Assembly (NCBI GenBank): GCA_026025075.1 | Contig: JAPEUI010000002.1 | Span: 310,001-374,000, forward strand | Length of the DNA: 64,000 bases | From: Vezdaea acicularis | Taxonomy: Eukaryota | Direction of reading: 5' to 3' | Shown here: piece after piece, positions 23,798 to 38,436 of the stretch | How the letters are laid out: each line of letters begins with the position of its first letter | How positions within the stretch are numbered: the stretch's first letter is position 1 | Program-made: the position numbers and the translations under genes | The notes under the pieces: generated by a model | The model's database searches: none | Seen by the model: only the letters and a program-made list of their open reading frames with translations | What the model was told of the DNA's origin: nothing

Positions 23798-26700
23798 ATG
23801 CCGTGGGAACCTCTTCCCCAGATAGCCTTCGCTGTCGCCACATATCCTTTCCAACCTTCAGCACCCTCCGACCTTCCCTTAGAACTTGGCGATGAATTGT
23901 ATATAATAGAACAGGGCGGGAAGGATGGGCAATGGTATCGAGGATATCTAGTCGCGCCACCATCGCTTCTTGCTGGCCTTACCAGCGTGAAAGGTCAGAC
24001 ACTGGAGGCAAGGGTGTTCTCGGGGATCTTTCCAAAGTGCTGCGTGGACGTTCGGGAAGTTCTTGGAAACGCTGGTTCGCGAGAGGGGCCTTTTGAAGAG
24101 GATGAAGATGAAGAGCTAGCTGAATTCATCCAGGCTAACGGCCTTACAAATGGACACCTAGGAGACGATCTAAGCCGAGATGGATCTCGAAAAGGCTCAA
24201 GAAAGGGTTCATCTTTGTCAAAACGAGCTGTCACGAAGAAAGTTTCCGAGGAACCACCACTTTCTCCAACAAAGTCTCTCTCCAGAGATGGGTCACACAA
24301 GAAGAACAGACTCATGAAGGCGCCCTCACATCGATCGAATCGATCTAAAAGTTCCCAACATTCTATTCTTACTCGACCTAGCAGGACAAGAGATCCAGAC
24401 GCGCCCCAGCCACCAGCACCTGTCCCCATGCTAAAGATTGGTGACGAGACACCTACATCTCTACAAGAACCTCTAGTCGATGAGATAGCGTCTTGCTTAA
24501 GAGAATGGCACTCATGCAACTTACATGAGCTGCTCTTGGCTCGACAATACCCTCTACTGGAGAAATTCTCGAGTCTGGTCCAAGACGTCGATCTTTCACG
24601 TCGACAACTTCTTCATAATGTTCTTACAAATCACGAGCTTCGGGGTCTTCGCGAAAGGACGGTATGGGATCTCGTTCGTGGAAATAAGATGCTAAGTGGT
24701 GAAGTTATCGTCCGAGATCCGGCGGAAAGAGGGAGAATGCTTACTGGAGATGACTCTGCTGTCGACATCACAAGGCTTCAGTCAATGATGAGTCTGCTAG
24801 ACGCGCCACCTATTCAACCACCAGACACTGTCTCTTTACATCATGTTCTCGTCAACATCAAATCTGTTTCGGGGACGCCAAAGGATCCTACAACCTTAGT
24901 GTGTTTCCTCAGCTCAAAAACTCCTGGTACAGCACCTCGCCCAGTATCAGAGGCATTTACTGTCGACCTTCCATCCAATGGTTCTCTCCATAATCTTGGT
25001 CAGCTCGAAAATATGAAGACCCTTTTTATTGATTTGAGTGCAGCCGACATTGGCGAGTCGACTGGTCGAGATGCGGAACTATTCCTTGTCGTCAAGGTCT
25101 TATCAAAGAAGGTCGCCCAGAGCGTGCTTCCCGGAGGTATGGAAAGGCAGCCCTCAAGAGATGGTCCACCGAGCCGAAGTGATTCGAGAGGGGGACTGAC
25201 GACGACTGGGAAGAGCGGAAGAATGAGCCTGATGTGGGGACGCAACAACACGTTCGGTAGTTCATCAAACTCTACGGCCACTCAAGGTTCGATCAGAGGA
25301 GCTCAAAAATTACAACCTCTAACCGAAAACGCAGGGTCTTCACTTGTAACAAACGGCCACCCGCAAGCTGCTCCAACAGGTGCAAAATGGTTTGTCAAGC
25401 GGCCGGTCGCAGTTGGTGTACTAAGATTAGGGCCTCTAGCTAGGCAGGAGAAGGAAACAGAACAAACTATGCGTTTCTGGACTCCTGCTGGGTCTGCCGT
25501 AGGCGATCAAGACACTGTAGAAGGATGGGACGATATCATCAAAGAATTACTGCAAAGCCGCTCTGGTCAATTTGATAAATCTACGGAAGTTGAACAAATG
25601 CAACTCCACGTTGCACCGTTTATCAGCCCCGACGCAGATTCACTCATCAAGAAAACACCCACTCTCCTTCAAAATATTATTACCACAAGCAAAATTGGAT
25701 TCTCCGGAGCGCCTACCAAACCTCGATCCGACATCTATCTCACAATATCGGAAGCCTTCTTACCTCGCCATGCTCTCTTGTCACATCCAAGGAGTGGTAG
25801 CACACCAATATCTCAGAATCTTGCGACATCTAATCTGCAATTAACTCTCGAAGTACGAAATGGAATCGGAGACAGGATTGAAAACTGCATCATTCCATCC
25901 TCAAACGGGACTGGTGTTACTACCTGGCGCTCGAACGCAGTCGAGCGAGGACAACCATTTTGTCAGACAATACGTCTCGCAATCAGCCCTGACGAGGTTC
26001 CAGGCAGCCACGTCTTTATGAGCCTTGCTGACGCCCCTGATGGTCCATTCGCTCTCGCTTGGATGCCGTTATGGGATCAGCAGGCTTTCATGCGAGATGG
26101 ACATCACTCTTTACTCCTATACAAGTATGACGAATTGACCTCCAGCCCCACTTCAACAAGCTCCGCAAAAGGAGGGTATTTGTCTTTACCCTGGAACTCA
26201 AGAGGTAAGGACGACGTTTCAAAGGACGAAGCTGTTACAGGTCCCGTTGCGACGCTACGAATGCACAGCTTTTTATGCAGCACCAAATTTTCCCAAGACA
26301 AGGTGCTCCTGGGTCTACTAAGATGGCGCGAGAAGTCGACTGATGAGGTTGGAAACCTCCTTCGCCAAGTCGTATTCGTTCCAGAAATTGAGCTTGTTAA
26401 GCTGTTGAGCGACGTTTTCGACGCCCTCTTCGGCATCCTGGTTGAGCAAGCTGGCAATGAAGAGTACGAGGATCTAGTCTTTAATGCTTTGACGACAGTC
26501 CTTGGCATAGTGCACGATCGAAGATTTAATCTCGGGCCACTGGTTGATCAATACGCGGGGTATCGTTTTAATTATCCGTTCGCCACGCCCTGTCTTATAC
26601 GAAGCTTCCAGCGTTTACTATCGAACCCGACGGATTCTAACAGTTCTCGGAAGCTCCGCGCAACCTTCAAAGTTGGCAAGCATATCCTGAAGTTCATTAT

Positions 26701-29700
26701 CAATGCGCGAGCGCAACAAAAGGTCAAGGAAGCCGGTATCGGAATAACAAGCACTCAACCAACTTTTACCCGCGAGCTGCAGAACATCTTCAAGGCTCTC
26801 GAATCCCTCATGAGGAACCCTTCTCCAATATTAGTCGGTAGTCAAACTCTCGCAGTGCAGCATTTCCACACTTGGCTTCCCGAACTCAACGGCCTCTTGA
26901 GCACCGAAGATATCCTCCACATAGCAGTTGACTTTATCGATTCATGCTCAACCGTCAAGGGTAAACTGATTCTTTACAAACTTATCTTAATCATCCATTA
27001 CTCAAAGCTCGACCTATTCTCACAAGCCGAAACACGGCGGGCCCTTATCGTGAACACAGTCAGATGGCTTGCATCATACTGGGGTAAAACTGATTCCGTC
27101 ACACAACAGTGGCGCGACCAAGTGCGATTATGCTGTTCAGTCGTTTCTACCCAGATTCATCAACTAGGTGCTGAGGTTTCTGATTATATTCAAAAGGTGG
27201 TCGAATCGTATCGAGCGATTCAAGCAACGGAGCGTAAGGAGAAAGACACTCTTTCACTTCTGTTTCCAACTGCATACCCCTTTCCCACAAAGCAAGCTGC
27301 TGGACAGCCAGTCTTTGATGAGGCATTGATCGAGCTAGCGGCCATTCTTGCTGCAATGTCCAGCCTACCTACAGGCATTCATTTAGATCTGCATGAAGAT
27401 GAACTGTCAGAGTTTCTATCGGAAGCCCTCGAGGTTCACAAGTCCATCATTAGTGGTGAAGCTTTCCCAAACAGCTGGCTCAGCGTTCACGTCTTCCATC
27501 ACAAGTCCACAATGCAGACCTTGGAGCATCTGGCCGGTATCTTAGTAGATTCATTCCTCCCTCACCCCGACGATGCGGATAATTTCAACACCGACCTTTG
27601 GCGCACATTCTTCACCACACTCCTCAGACTGGTTGGAAGTGATGCACTTGCATTAGAGACCTTCCCTGAACAGAAGCGTCGTGCAGTGTGGAAGATTGCT
27701 GGTGATGTGCGAGAGCACGGAGCCGATCTCTTACGCCGTACCTGGGAATCTATTGGCTGGGAGACAAGCGCTGAGGACCGTCGAAGGTACGGACTGGAGA
27801 AGATGGGTGGCTACCAGGTACAATACGTCCCTGCGCTCGTTGCTCCAATCGTTGAGCTATGCCTCAGCGTCCATGAAGGCCTCCGCAGTGTTGCCGTTGA
27901 AGTGCTGCAAACTATGATAGTGAGCGAATGGACCTTGAGCCAGGATCTCTCGGTAGTGCAAGCGGAAATGATCGATTGCCTCGATAAGTTATTCAAATCT
28001 AAGAATCTCACGGAAAGCATCACCCAAAAGCGCTTCCTCACAGAGTTGAACGAACTTTTCGACCCACTTTCACATCTTCCTGAAGATTCACTCTACGTCG
28101 CCTTCAAGGACCTCACCGCAACCATGGACGAATTTCTGGGCCTTCTCGTTGCTGTGCATAGCACGGACAATTCCAGTGAAGTCTTTCATATTACTCACAC
28201 CCTTCGCTTGATGGAGTTCCTGCGTGATATGCAGAAAGAAGATATATTTATTCGCTACGTGCATCAACTCGCACGTATCCAGAGTGACTCCAGGAACCCG
28301 GTTGAAGCCGGACTTGCACTCAAATTACATGCAGATCTTTACGAATGGGATTCATCTAAGAACGTACCTGCCCTAGAAGACCCTCCGTACGCAGAACAGA
28401 CTGCATTTGAGCGAAAAGAGCTGATATACTTCGAGATGATTCGGTTCTATGAAGATGGCAAATGTTGGGACAACGCTCTCGTAGCGTACAAAGAGCTTGC
28501 CAATGAATATGAGCACAATGTATTCGAATTCGCCAAACTGGCTAGGACGCAAAAGGCAATGGCAAAAATCCACGAAGCTATTGCCAAAGGAGAGCGACAA
28601 ATACCTCGATACTTCCGTGTCGTCTACCGCGGGCTGGGCTTCCCATTGGGACTCAGAGACAAACAGTTCATCTTTGAGGGATCTCCGTCCGAGAGAATGG
28701 CCGCTTTTACTGATCGGATGCAACAACAACACCCTTCGGCTCGGATCATCAAGTCTGGAGATATTGAAGATGTTGAGGGACAATATCTAGAGATTTCGCC
28801 TGTCTCGCCGCATAAAGACTTGTTCCATCCAGTCTATCAACGAGCCAAGATTCCCCAGCCGATTCGAGAGCACATGCTTTCTGTACGGCCAAAGTACTTC
28901 TCTATCACGTCTAGGCGTATGGCCAACAGCCCTGAAGTCAAGGACCATTTCGTGGAGAAGACTATCTATACGACGGCAGAGAATTTCCCAACAATCCTTC
29001 AACGGAGCGAAATTGTAGCTGCCGAAGAGGTGCGCCTCTCACCGATCCAGAGCGCCATCGAACGTACCGTCCGAAAAACACAAGAACTCGCTGGCTTCGA
29101 GAAGAAGATCAATGAGGGCTCAGAAGACTTCTCGCCGCTCACAGACGCCCTCAGCACTTCCGTCGATCCGCTCACACCAACAAGTGTAGCTCGCTATCGT
29201 GAGCTCCTCCCCCAAAAGCGCGAAATCAACGAGTACGATGATGACGACACTGGGGAGGATGACGAGCTCCCGATAGACCCGCTCGAGAACGCTCTCAGAA
29301 TTGCTCTCCTCGACCATGCCATGGTGATAAAGCGCTGCCTAGGCCTCTACGCTAAGAGCACAAGTCCATCGCTGCAAGTCGCCTCAGAGGACTTAACGCA
29401 GAGTAAGCCTGCATTTCATAGATATTCCTACGTTCACCCTACTAAATCCCTTCACTTTGCCCCTGGTCCCCTTATAAACCCTTTTCTAAGTCGTACCCAA
29501 TATCTTCCCTCGCACCTCAAGCCCCTTTATCTTAGGACCCACACTAACCCTTCCCCCCACTCCAGAATTCGAGATCTCATTCGCTGCCGAACTCGCCTCC
29601 CTTACTCCACCCCCACAATCTCCTGCCTCTCCAACTCCACCGTGGGGTCTCTTCAGCCCCACCTTCTCTCTTCCCGCCATCAATAACCCCGCCTCCCCGC

Positions 29701-30452
29701 CCCAAATTGCCAACATTGATGGGGTCTCCGAAAAACCAACCACCACCAACTCTGGCTCTGGCAGCAACCCCGCCCTCCACTCCAAGCGGCAGTCCCGCCA
29801 CGAGAAGAACCGCCTCTCCCTCTCTTTCCTCAAGCGCGGCACCAGCGACTCAAACAACAACGCCACCTCGCCCACTAACACTCCTGCTGTCGCAGACGCC
29901 TCCCCATCCAACCTTAACATCAAACTGCCCTTCCAGCCAAATGGCACTGGCGCCGGCGCAAGCACCACCGCGGCCGTCACTCCCGCGATGGCGAGTCCGA
30001 CGACCAGCATGGACGTAGTAAGCCACACGCGCACCAGCAGCCGGAGCCGCTCAGCGAACCGCCGATCCTGGATCGGTGGCGGACCTGGCAGGAGCGGGAG
30101 TATTGCTGAAGAGCGAGACGACGGGGACATGGAACAGACGCCAAGAGCTGGGCCGAGCGGCCATGGAGGCGGCAAGGTCAAGCAGCTGATGGGGTATGAC
30201 GTTGGAGCTGGAGCAACACAGCCGAAGCAAAGACCCGGAAGCAGGAACGAGAGTCGCGAACCTCCTCGGAGGAGCGAGAGTTCGAGAAGGCCTGGTACGA
30301 GCGACGAGTCGTTTGCGGGGGACAGAGAAATTGGCGTGGCGGAGCGCATGGGGAGTGTGAAGAAGAGGTTCAGCTTGCTGAAGATGGGGGGGATGGGGAT
30401 TGGCGGTGGGAGGAAAAAGGTCAGGGGGGTGGAAGCCGTGGTGGAGGAGTAA
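23798..30452 (+). CDS. DOCK-family Rac/Cdc42 GEF (SH3, DHR-1/C2, DHR-2)
   Basis: N-terminal SH3 (AFAVATYPF..DLPLELGDELYIIEQ..WYRGY), RSDIYLT C2 start, YFRVVYRGLGFP DHR-2; intron 29403-29565 joins in frame to the ORF ending at 30452. Confidence 0.93.
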
Positions 30453-31463
30453 CAGGAAGAGACGGGTTTTGTATGTGTGAGCATGTAAGTGTGATATGGA
30501 GATGGGATTGTCTCTATATGCAACAGCGACTATCTAGCAACTGGAATAGTTGGGTCTGCATACCATTTCTGGTACTGCGGTTGATGGTGGATATCCTGGA
30601 CATTGCACCGGAATCTCTTTGTTTCCCCCCCCCCCTTACTACTTCTCTTGTGTCTTTGCTACTAAGGAAGCGAGCGTCTGCTTTTTGTCTAGGTTTGATA
30701 TACCTCCTTGTCCTTCTTCCTTCTCCTTTCTCCGTGTATTATGCTCCACCGAGTGGAGGGGACTCTGTCTTGTTCTATAACTAGCGGGTGCGCTCGCAAA
30801 GCCAATAAGCATAGTGGATTGTACCACAGTAGTAATCGATGTGCAGTTGTGACCAACTCCATGACCAATCTACTTCCTGAACCGCCAAGAATCCTCCGAG
30901 GGCGTGGTTGGGAGGATAAGCCAAGAACGCAGAAGGCAGGCCGTCTTACCAAAGTTAGGGGAAAGAGGAGCGCGCCCATTATCTCGCACATCGTACGGGA
31001 AATCTGTCTAGTCATGTGAGATCATGGAGGTTGAAGATTCCGCATCACGCCATTGTTTACATTGTCTGGGTGTTCATGTACTGTTAGTTGCTATGCAAAA
31101 TATGGAACACAAAAAGTTCCGCGCCCGTCATGTGAGGTCATGTGAGTTGGAGATTTCACGTCATGGTGGTGTTTTGATATGTCTTGATAGGGTTAGGGCT
31201 ACTACAACCGGAGGCACCATAGCCAGGGGCTGCAACTCGAGCCCCGTGGGTGATGATCGACTCCAACAAATGCATGACGCAAAGACTTTTTTAAGCTCGC
31301 TGCGATGCAAAACAATTAGCAGAATTGCACAAACTCCGTTACGCGCTGAATGCTCGCTCAAATCAAGAATTTCCCTGGCGAAGAGCCCTTGTCCTACCCT
31401 CCTTTGAATAATAACCGAACTTGGGGCTCAATGGCATTTCCTGCTGCTGATAGAGACGCCAGC

Positions 31464-34400
31464 TCAAACTATGAGCTCGGCCAGCATCTTCCTGCGGACC
31501 GTCGCATCTTCCTCCTTTCCCCCATCGCCCCCGAAGACAGCAGTGCGAGAGACCTCCCTTAGCAAGTCCTCCTCCGCTTGTCTGTGGGCTTCCTGTGTTT
31601 CCTCCAAGCTCGAGGCCTGGACTTCAACTCTACGCCTCATGTTCCCTCTGGAAAAGTAGTAGACTCCTTTCTTATCCATCGCCCAGCTCTTGGTAGTAGC
31701 GATGAACTCTTTCCGACAGAAGACACGTGTGGTTAAAAATGAATGCGCCAGCTCTTTAGGGATAAACGGCTCCTGCCTGTCGGAAGAAGCGACAGGCAGG
31801 AAATTCGAAATGATCTGCTTGATGCAGTTGATGGCAGTGTCTGCACTGTAACCTTGTTGGAGGATGACATGAAGAGGTTTAACACAGGTGCTGACAATGC
31901 TCAAAAGGAGGCTTGTCGTCTCATAGTAGCGCCTGGGAGTGTCGAAGTCACCTTCATAAGCTTCAAATACCTGCTGTTTGAATCTCTCTATGTTGTTCAT
32001 TGCCGTACAACAAGCCCAAAGAATCTCGTTGAGGACTTGAATCGCGTTGTTGACAGAACAGGTGCTTCCCCAATTGAATGAATAGACCATGTCTTGGATC
32101 ACTATTCGCGCGACCTCGAGCATTGGCCTGACAACTATCCAGGCCCCTTGATCTTTCCAGTTCAATTCCATGAATGTAGGGATGACTGCCTGCATTAGGA
32201 ATGATCGAAGCGTGAGCTCGCCTGGGCCGCCAAGGTCTTCGCTCTCCAACATTGACTCGGATAGCTGCGCTATGAGCCCACATTGCTTCTGGTTGATAGC
32301 GGCCGCTTCAGATAACGAAAATATGAAGCTAACAAGCTGTTTCTGAACGCTGGTGCTTGAGAGATTGAATTCGTAGCTTTTTATTCGTGACATGACATAG
32401 GTAGGATTGTCCATCAAAGAAGAGAACATGCCCGATTCAGTGAAATAACGGTCGATAGGGCAAATATGATTCACTGTGAATTGTTCCATGTACCCGAGTA
32501 CGCTCTGGACGAAGCTCAGATAGACACCCTGAGCAAGACTTTCTTGGTTTAGCTCCTGGCAATTAATTTTCATCGAATGCATCATCTCTTCGAGAAGAGA
32601 AATGCAATCTTCGCGAAGGAGCTTCGCTTGTTTAGATTCGAGGGTTGGGCTGCTAGCAACAATATCTCTCATGCTTGTCAAAAGGGCTATCAAAAGTTAG
32701 AGCTATTCGGCAAGAGGCAAAGTTGAACCCACCTTTGATTAAATTCAATCGTCCTTCTCTAAAGCCCTCAGCGTCTATACTGAAGCTGTTGTGTCCCTTG
32801 GGGATTGCAGATCTCAGTCGCTGTAGGAGAGGGTTCTCAAAGTCATACTTCAAGAGCATGGAAGTGAAGTTGTGGTGGTAGGAGAGCCTCGAGTCCCTAT
32901 CAACTAGACACCTCATCCAGATCTGGAGAAATGTCTGCGTATTTTCTTGGCAGGCATCTGGGTCCTTTTCTAGAACCTGGGACATGAAGTAAGGAGTGAA
33001 CTTCCGAGTCTGCTCTGTCTTGCGTAGACGTAACCATGAGCCATGCGTATAATTTTCCACTTTCTGACTCCATTTCATAATGTCCTGCCTTACGAGTAGC
33101 CGAGTTAGGTTGATGTCACAGTCGATCATCTTTAGCAGTAGAACTTCTTCCGGCACCTGGTCGTCTCCGAAAGCATTGGACATGAGTTTTGAGAGAGGCT
33201 CGTAAGTCTTCCCCTGTAACTGTTCTACTATGTTACGGTTAACTTCAGCTTTTTCGTTGTTTTCAATTTCTGTCCAGTCTCCATACTCTTGGCTTTCTTC
33301 GCTCGTTGGCTGTGAGATCCCCCCGCCAGCTTTCAGTTGACAGAGCCGACAAATATGCTCCAAGATTTCTAATGCTAATAGGACAAGCTGGTTAACACTT
33401 GGTTTCTTGGCATCATACAGCTGAAAAACACCATTGATCGAGGATGCACTTAGTATTGCTATCGCATGTAGTGGGTCCTCAGTTGACCGTAAAGCGTTTC
33501 TCATCGAGGTCAAGGCATCATTCATGACAGCCTCGACTTGCTGCTGATTGTTCTTCACTACCGATTCGACGAAGGAAGATTGCCCGTCAAGATTCGGATC
33601 CACTCTAGCGTAAAGCTGAGCTTCACTTCTAGCCGCGTGGTGTTGCCTCAATGCTTGCGTCACTATCTCATCATACCAAGCCGCAAATGGCTCGAGCGTA
33701 GAATGACTCTCATGAGTAGAGAGCTGAAACTTAGCCAAAATGTACCACGCACGAATATTGATATGGCAAGCTTCCCTATGAGAATTCTCATGGTCGACAA
33801 GATCTCGAAGGCCACCAAGAGATGGCCGAGAAGATGCCGGCGACGCCCAGTAGAGTGTACACAGGAGGTAGTGGTGATGTCTGAGCGCATCAAGATCTTC
33901 TTGCCTGACCCCCTTCTCCTTATGATATTGTCGACCATGATTTGGCATCAGTCTAAAAGCAATATTACGGATCTTTCTGTCTGCGTAAACACCACGCATT
34001 CCGATTAAACTCATGCCCACTATCTTCAAAAAGACATGGTATGTTCGGTCATTTGGTTCGACTAACGAGAATTCTTCAATGTTAAGAGTGTCTAGGAATT
34101 GAGGAGTTCCGAAGCTTTCCTCGTTCCGCAAATGGGCTAAACCCCGAGAAGCAAAGAAATCAAATAGAGTTCCGACAATAGTATCTGATCTACGCCAACC
34201 CCAACTTTTTATAAGATGGTGGCACCTAGTAAGAAGAGACCGGCAGTAACTATTAAAAGTGGCCTTTTGACCTCTCGAGTCAGCTAGGTAGATACGCAGG
34301 ACAACGTTCACCAGCCTGGTCACTAATTTCCAATTATCGAACGGCCGTCGAAACCGGCTTCCAATTTCGAGTGCACCGAATTCGTTGAACTCAACTAGAG

Positions 34401-37400
34401 GAATGATGGTCAACATTTTTTGCCAAACAGAATCAAGAGCATGCGCATCAGGGATGTTTTCAAGATTTGCTGGCGCAACCTCGGAGTTAAAAGCGTCCCA
34501 GAAGGCAATGCCAAGAGATCGTACTCTCTCTGAAACGTGTATCGCAACTACCCAGTCTTGGACGAAAGGGTACTGGTCCTTTATCCCAGCGTCGCGCTTC
34601 GCATGATGATGCTGATCCTCGTAGAATTCGCGAAGGTTAGCTAGACCCTCCCTTATTAATCTCTTAACGAGCGCCTGGGTGAATCTCTCAAGGAGTGTCT
34701 GAGCCTGAGCTTTCGAGACTGCGTCAACGACATCATGCTGGCTTATCACTCGCGCCTGATAGGCAAGCACAACGCCAAAAGTTTGTATGTCTCGCGCTAT
34801 ACCGACTCGCACTTCGGGATTCTGCTCAATGGATGACTTGATTGCAAGAGACTCGTTGGTGCGTTCAAGTAGAGTTGAGAGAGATCCCAGAAGTTGTTGG
34901 ACCAGAGCAACACGATCAACAGGATTCGAGAATCGAACACCTGATGCAAGATATCGGATAACGAAACGAAGAAGTGATTTCAACTCGGGGAAGACGATAA
35001 GCCGCTGGTGCAGCAGTAAACCTGGATCCTGTGCCCTATTGAGATGCTCCTCTAGCCATCGGAAGCCAATATTGAGCTCTGAGGATACCGTGCTATTCCA
35101 CACACTCCATCGGAAGGTTCGCGAACCCAAGCTGAAGATACTGTTTCCTCTCGTTGTTTCACCAACTTGAGAGGTCGCTCTAAGTGCTTTCGAAAACTCG
35201 CCGCTGCCGATGAATGTGCTCTCATGAAAGTAGGTTCCAGCCTGCATTGGCACAATCCCAAAATCCACGGTGTAGTGCGTTCCATAATGGCCCAGACCCT
35301 GTAGCACGGATTGGTCTCTACTTTCAGGGGTTGCTAACTCAACAGCTGCAACATCCACAATTACTGGTTCGAGAGGCTGGCGATATTGAATCGCTTGTAT
35401 GTCCAGTCGTCTAGGCACTTGTTTGCGTGGACGAATCTGAGAACTGGCATCTTTTCCTGTACTGCACAGTCCTTCGTCCCCAGGTGTTCGGGTATGGTTT
35501 CGTGTGTTGGGCGACAAATCGTGACACTCGCTGTGTAAGAACCTGAAGAGTTGAGGTTTCTGCCCGAGAGAAGCTATTCCTAGCTGTCGTTCATAAAGTT
35601 GATCTATGTCGAAGAGGTTTTGTCTGAACAACTCGCTCGGCTTCTTCCCGGCAGCCTCTGACTCAAGTGACTCGAGTTGAGCAGACCTTGGGCCGAGCGG
35701 TCTCTGAGTTATAGCGCCTTTTGGTCTACGTACCCTAACGCCTGAGGATGGCTTCACGATATCAGTTCCCACTACAGCACGGTTCGAGCGGCTTGCCGCA
35801 TGTTCTTGATCGTGCCTGGCGGGTTGGTTCAGTGTTGATCCACTTGAGGTTCGCAGCTTTGTAGCTCGAGACCGCGAAGGTACATTTACCACCTCTGCTT
35901 GGATATTGTGATGTCTCTCCATGAGCGGCTGCCGGGTTCTACTTGGCCCAATCAACCCTTGGCGCCAATGTTGAAGCACACTCAGAACTTCGTCTGTATC
36001 TTCTCGACGTGCAAGCTTTAGGGTTTTTTTCGTGGGGCTGTGTCGGCCCTGATCTTTTCTTGCTTTTGCTTGTCGCGCAGCTATTTTCAAGAAGTCTGGA
36101 ATCCGGGAGGTTTCTCTCTCATCCCGCGCTAAGACATCAAGGACACTCAGACGTAAAGCTTGGGGTTTCACATCTTTTGCGCGCCGTTGCTTCCTCTTTG
36201 GTAGCACCCGGGCATGCTCCGTATTTCTTGGTTGAAAATGAGTTTTTTTTCTTTGTGGTATCGAATTCTCAACTGTTTTGGGAGATTTGGGCGGCCTTAC
36301 TCGAAAGTCTGTCAATCTCAATTGACGCTTCCTAGAAAGAGTCGGAGGAGCTTTCCTACTTCTAGACTTCGATGGTAGCATCTCATCGATCCGATTATCT
36401 TCCCACACATCTTCCTGGCTATCGTGGATTCGAAAAGCTTGATCGTCATCAAGGTTGAAATCATCTTGGGAGTCTGACGGCTCAAGTGCAACATGAGGAG
36501 CCCCGCCATCAGAACTGCAATCTGATGATCGTAGACCATCCAATTCCTCGTCTTTGCGAAACAGTAGTCTCCGAGAAGGCTCTATCCTTTGCGCTACGCC
36601 AGGCCTTGGCAGGGCCTTTCGTGCTGACGCACGTGTCCCGTCCTTTGCGGGGGTGTGTGACTTCCTCGGGCGTTGTTGTCGATGTTGGTCTAATCTGAGC
36701 CATGACGCGGGCAGTACCCCACGTATACGTTTGGAGACAATGTGAAGCTTCTCGGAGTCTTCAGACTCTGACAAAGCGCTTGATGAGGACTCGGATACCA
36801 CCCTTGATGAAGCAGCCCTTCGATGAACCTGGACATTGTCTTCAGAGGAAGACTGGATCAATATAACAGGTGCTGGAGAAGCCGATTTTCTATCGTCTAC
36901 CTGAGGTGTGCAAGTCTCAATGCTGGGACCAAATGGATTCCGAAACCCGAAATTAAGTTGAGATCTGGGCTTTGAGCCTGCTATAACCAGCGGAGAAGAC
37001 GAAGGCTGGGATCTAATTGAGATTTCATCGTGTCCTTGCTGCGACCGCAATACATCATCATCTCCTAAAAGTCTACTCTCCTGCTGATCTTTAGTCCCAG
37101 TGTACACATGAGCCAATTTACGGCGTTTGTTGCTTTGGGATCTCAAGGTAGAGCCATTCTGTAGGAGTGCAGCGACATCCGGCAAATCGTCCTGGTCTCC
37201 TCCAACAAAGTCGCTTCTCTCTTCCAACGAGTTCTGGCTTGGACGTGTTGGTCCTTGTTGCAGCTCACGATCCCCTAGACTCTGCGTTTGAGGCCTGTCG
37301 ATATGTTCATATTGATGATTTGATAGCATTGCCTGTGACTCGTCGTCTCCCTCATAATCCCAGTCCTGCGAATCATCCTCGTGTTCAAAAGCCCGCGCGC

Positions 37401-38241
37401 CTTCATCTTGTGCTTGAGTAAGCCTGACAGGTCTCAACCCACGGTCCTTCAAGGTCTTCCGATATCTCTCCCCTTCAACAACGTAGGGGTGTAGCTGAAT
37501 CGGCCTTCTAGATCGCAAAGCACGTCCTGCTTTTCCGGTATTATCTATCCGTGGTTCCTGTTCCTCAACAACTGGATAAGCGTGCGTGTCAGAGTTGCTG
37601 GAGATGAAGACTCCTGCGAAGGTAGATCTAACATCTGATGCGGCGACTTTCTGTTGACCTTCGGAGTTCAATTCTAGCCAAAAAGCATTTGAAATGGATG
37701 ACGGTGGTGATGAGAGTGGTGATGAGGCCTCTGGCGAGGGTAGCACAGAATGTCTCACCGTCTCTAAAGGATTGGTTGACCTCTTAACCTTTTGGAACCC
37801 GAAAAGTTCCTGCTCAAGTTGAGCTCCCGGATCTGCGGAAATCTGGCTAAGGGGATACCTGGCAATGGCTTGGCCAAAAGACCGGGCTGAGGCAAGTCGA
37901 CTTTGAAAACTTCTCGATGCGTTTGGGGAAATGTCAAAGATGTGAACCATATCAACATCTTCTGTTGCCCTAATGTTGGACTCTGATCGCCCTAATAGAA
38001 AGTTTGGTGTTCTATTCCTTTTACTTCTCTGGAGATCTTCCTCGTTATCAGCTTCCTCTCCCTCATCTTTGCCCTCACTGATATTGGCAGCACCCCCCAC
38101 GACATCTCTCAAGATAGGGTCCCGTAGCCCATTCCAAGCGTCATCTTGAATCGGACATCGTCCCTCACTCGTAATGCTAATAGCAGATTCGTCTTCCTCG
38201 TCTGAATCCGGGACAAAGCCCCGGTTCCTCCAGTCTGCCAT
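31464..38241 (-). CDS. MMS22: Mus7/Mms22 family replication-fork repair protein
   Basis: MADWRNRGFVPDSDEEDE start, RALRSRRPIQLHPY, IRGVLPASWLRLD, HESTFIGSG, FRLMPNHGR, LLCTLYWASP motifs; intron 32687-32732 joins the 1862-aa and 409-aa ORFs. Confidence 0.88.
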
Positions 38242-38436
38242 CTGTCTTGAACTTCATGTCGCGTCGAATTAAAGTCTAAAGTACAGTGGGGCAACTCAAG
38301 CGTGTTCGACACAATTCTGAGCTCCGGGGTGACGCGACGTGCATAATTGCATAAATTTGCTTATGAAATGCCAAGATTTCGCGACAGGGTATTTATGGTC
38401 GGATCTGCGACACTCTCTCAAACCATCATCGATGTG

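Noticed and set aside
29486..30523. 345-aa antisense ORF over the DOCK tail
   Set aside because: Mirror of a low-complexity coding exon; no family features.
30453..31463. Short ORFs and a C-run between DOCK and MMS22
   Set aside because: Convergent UTR/intergenic sequence; no coherent splice model or homology recognised.
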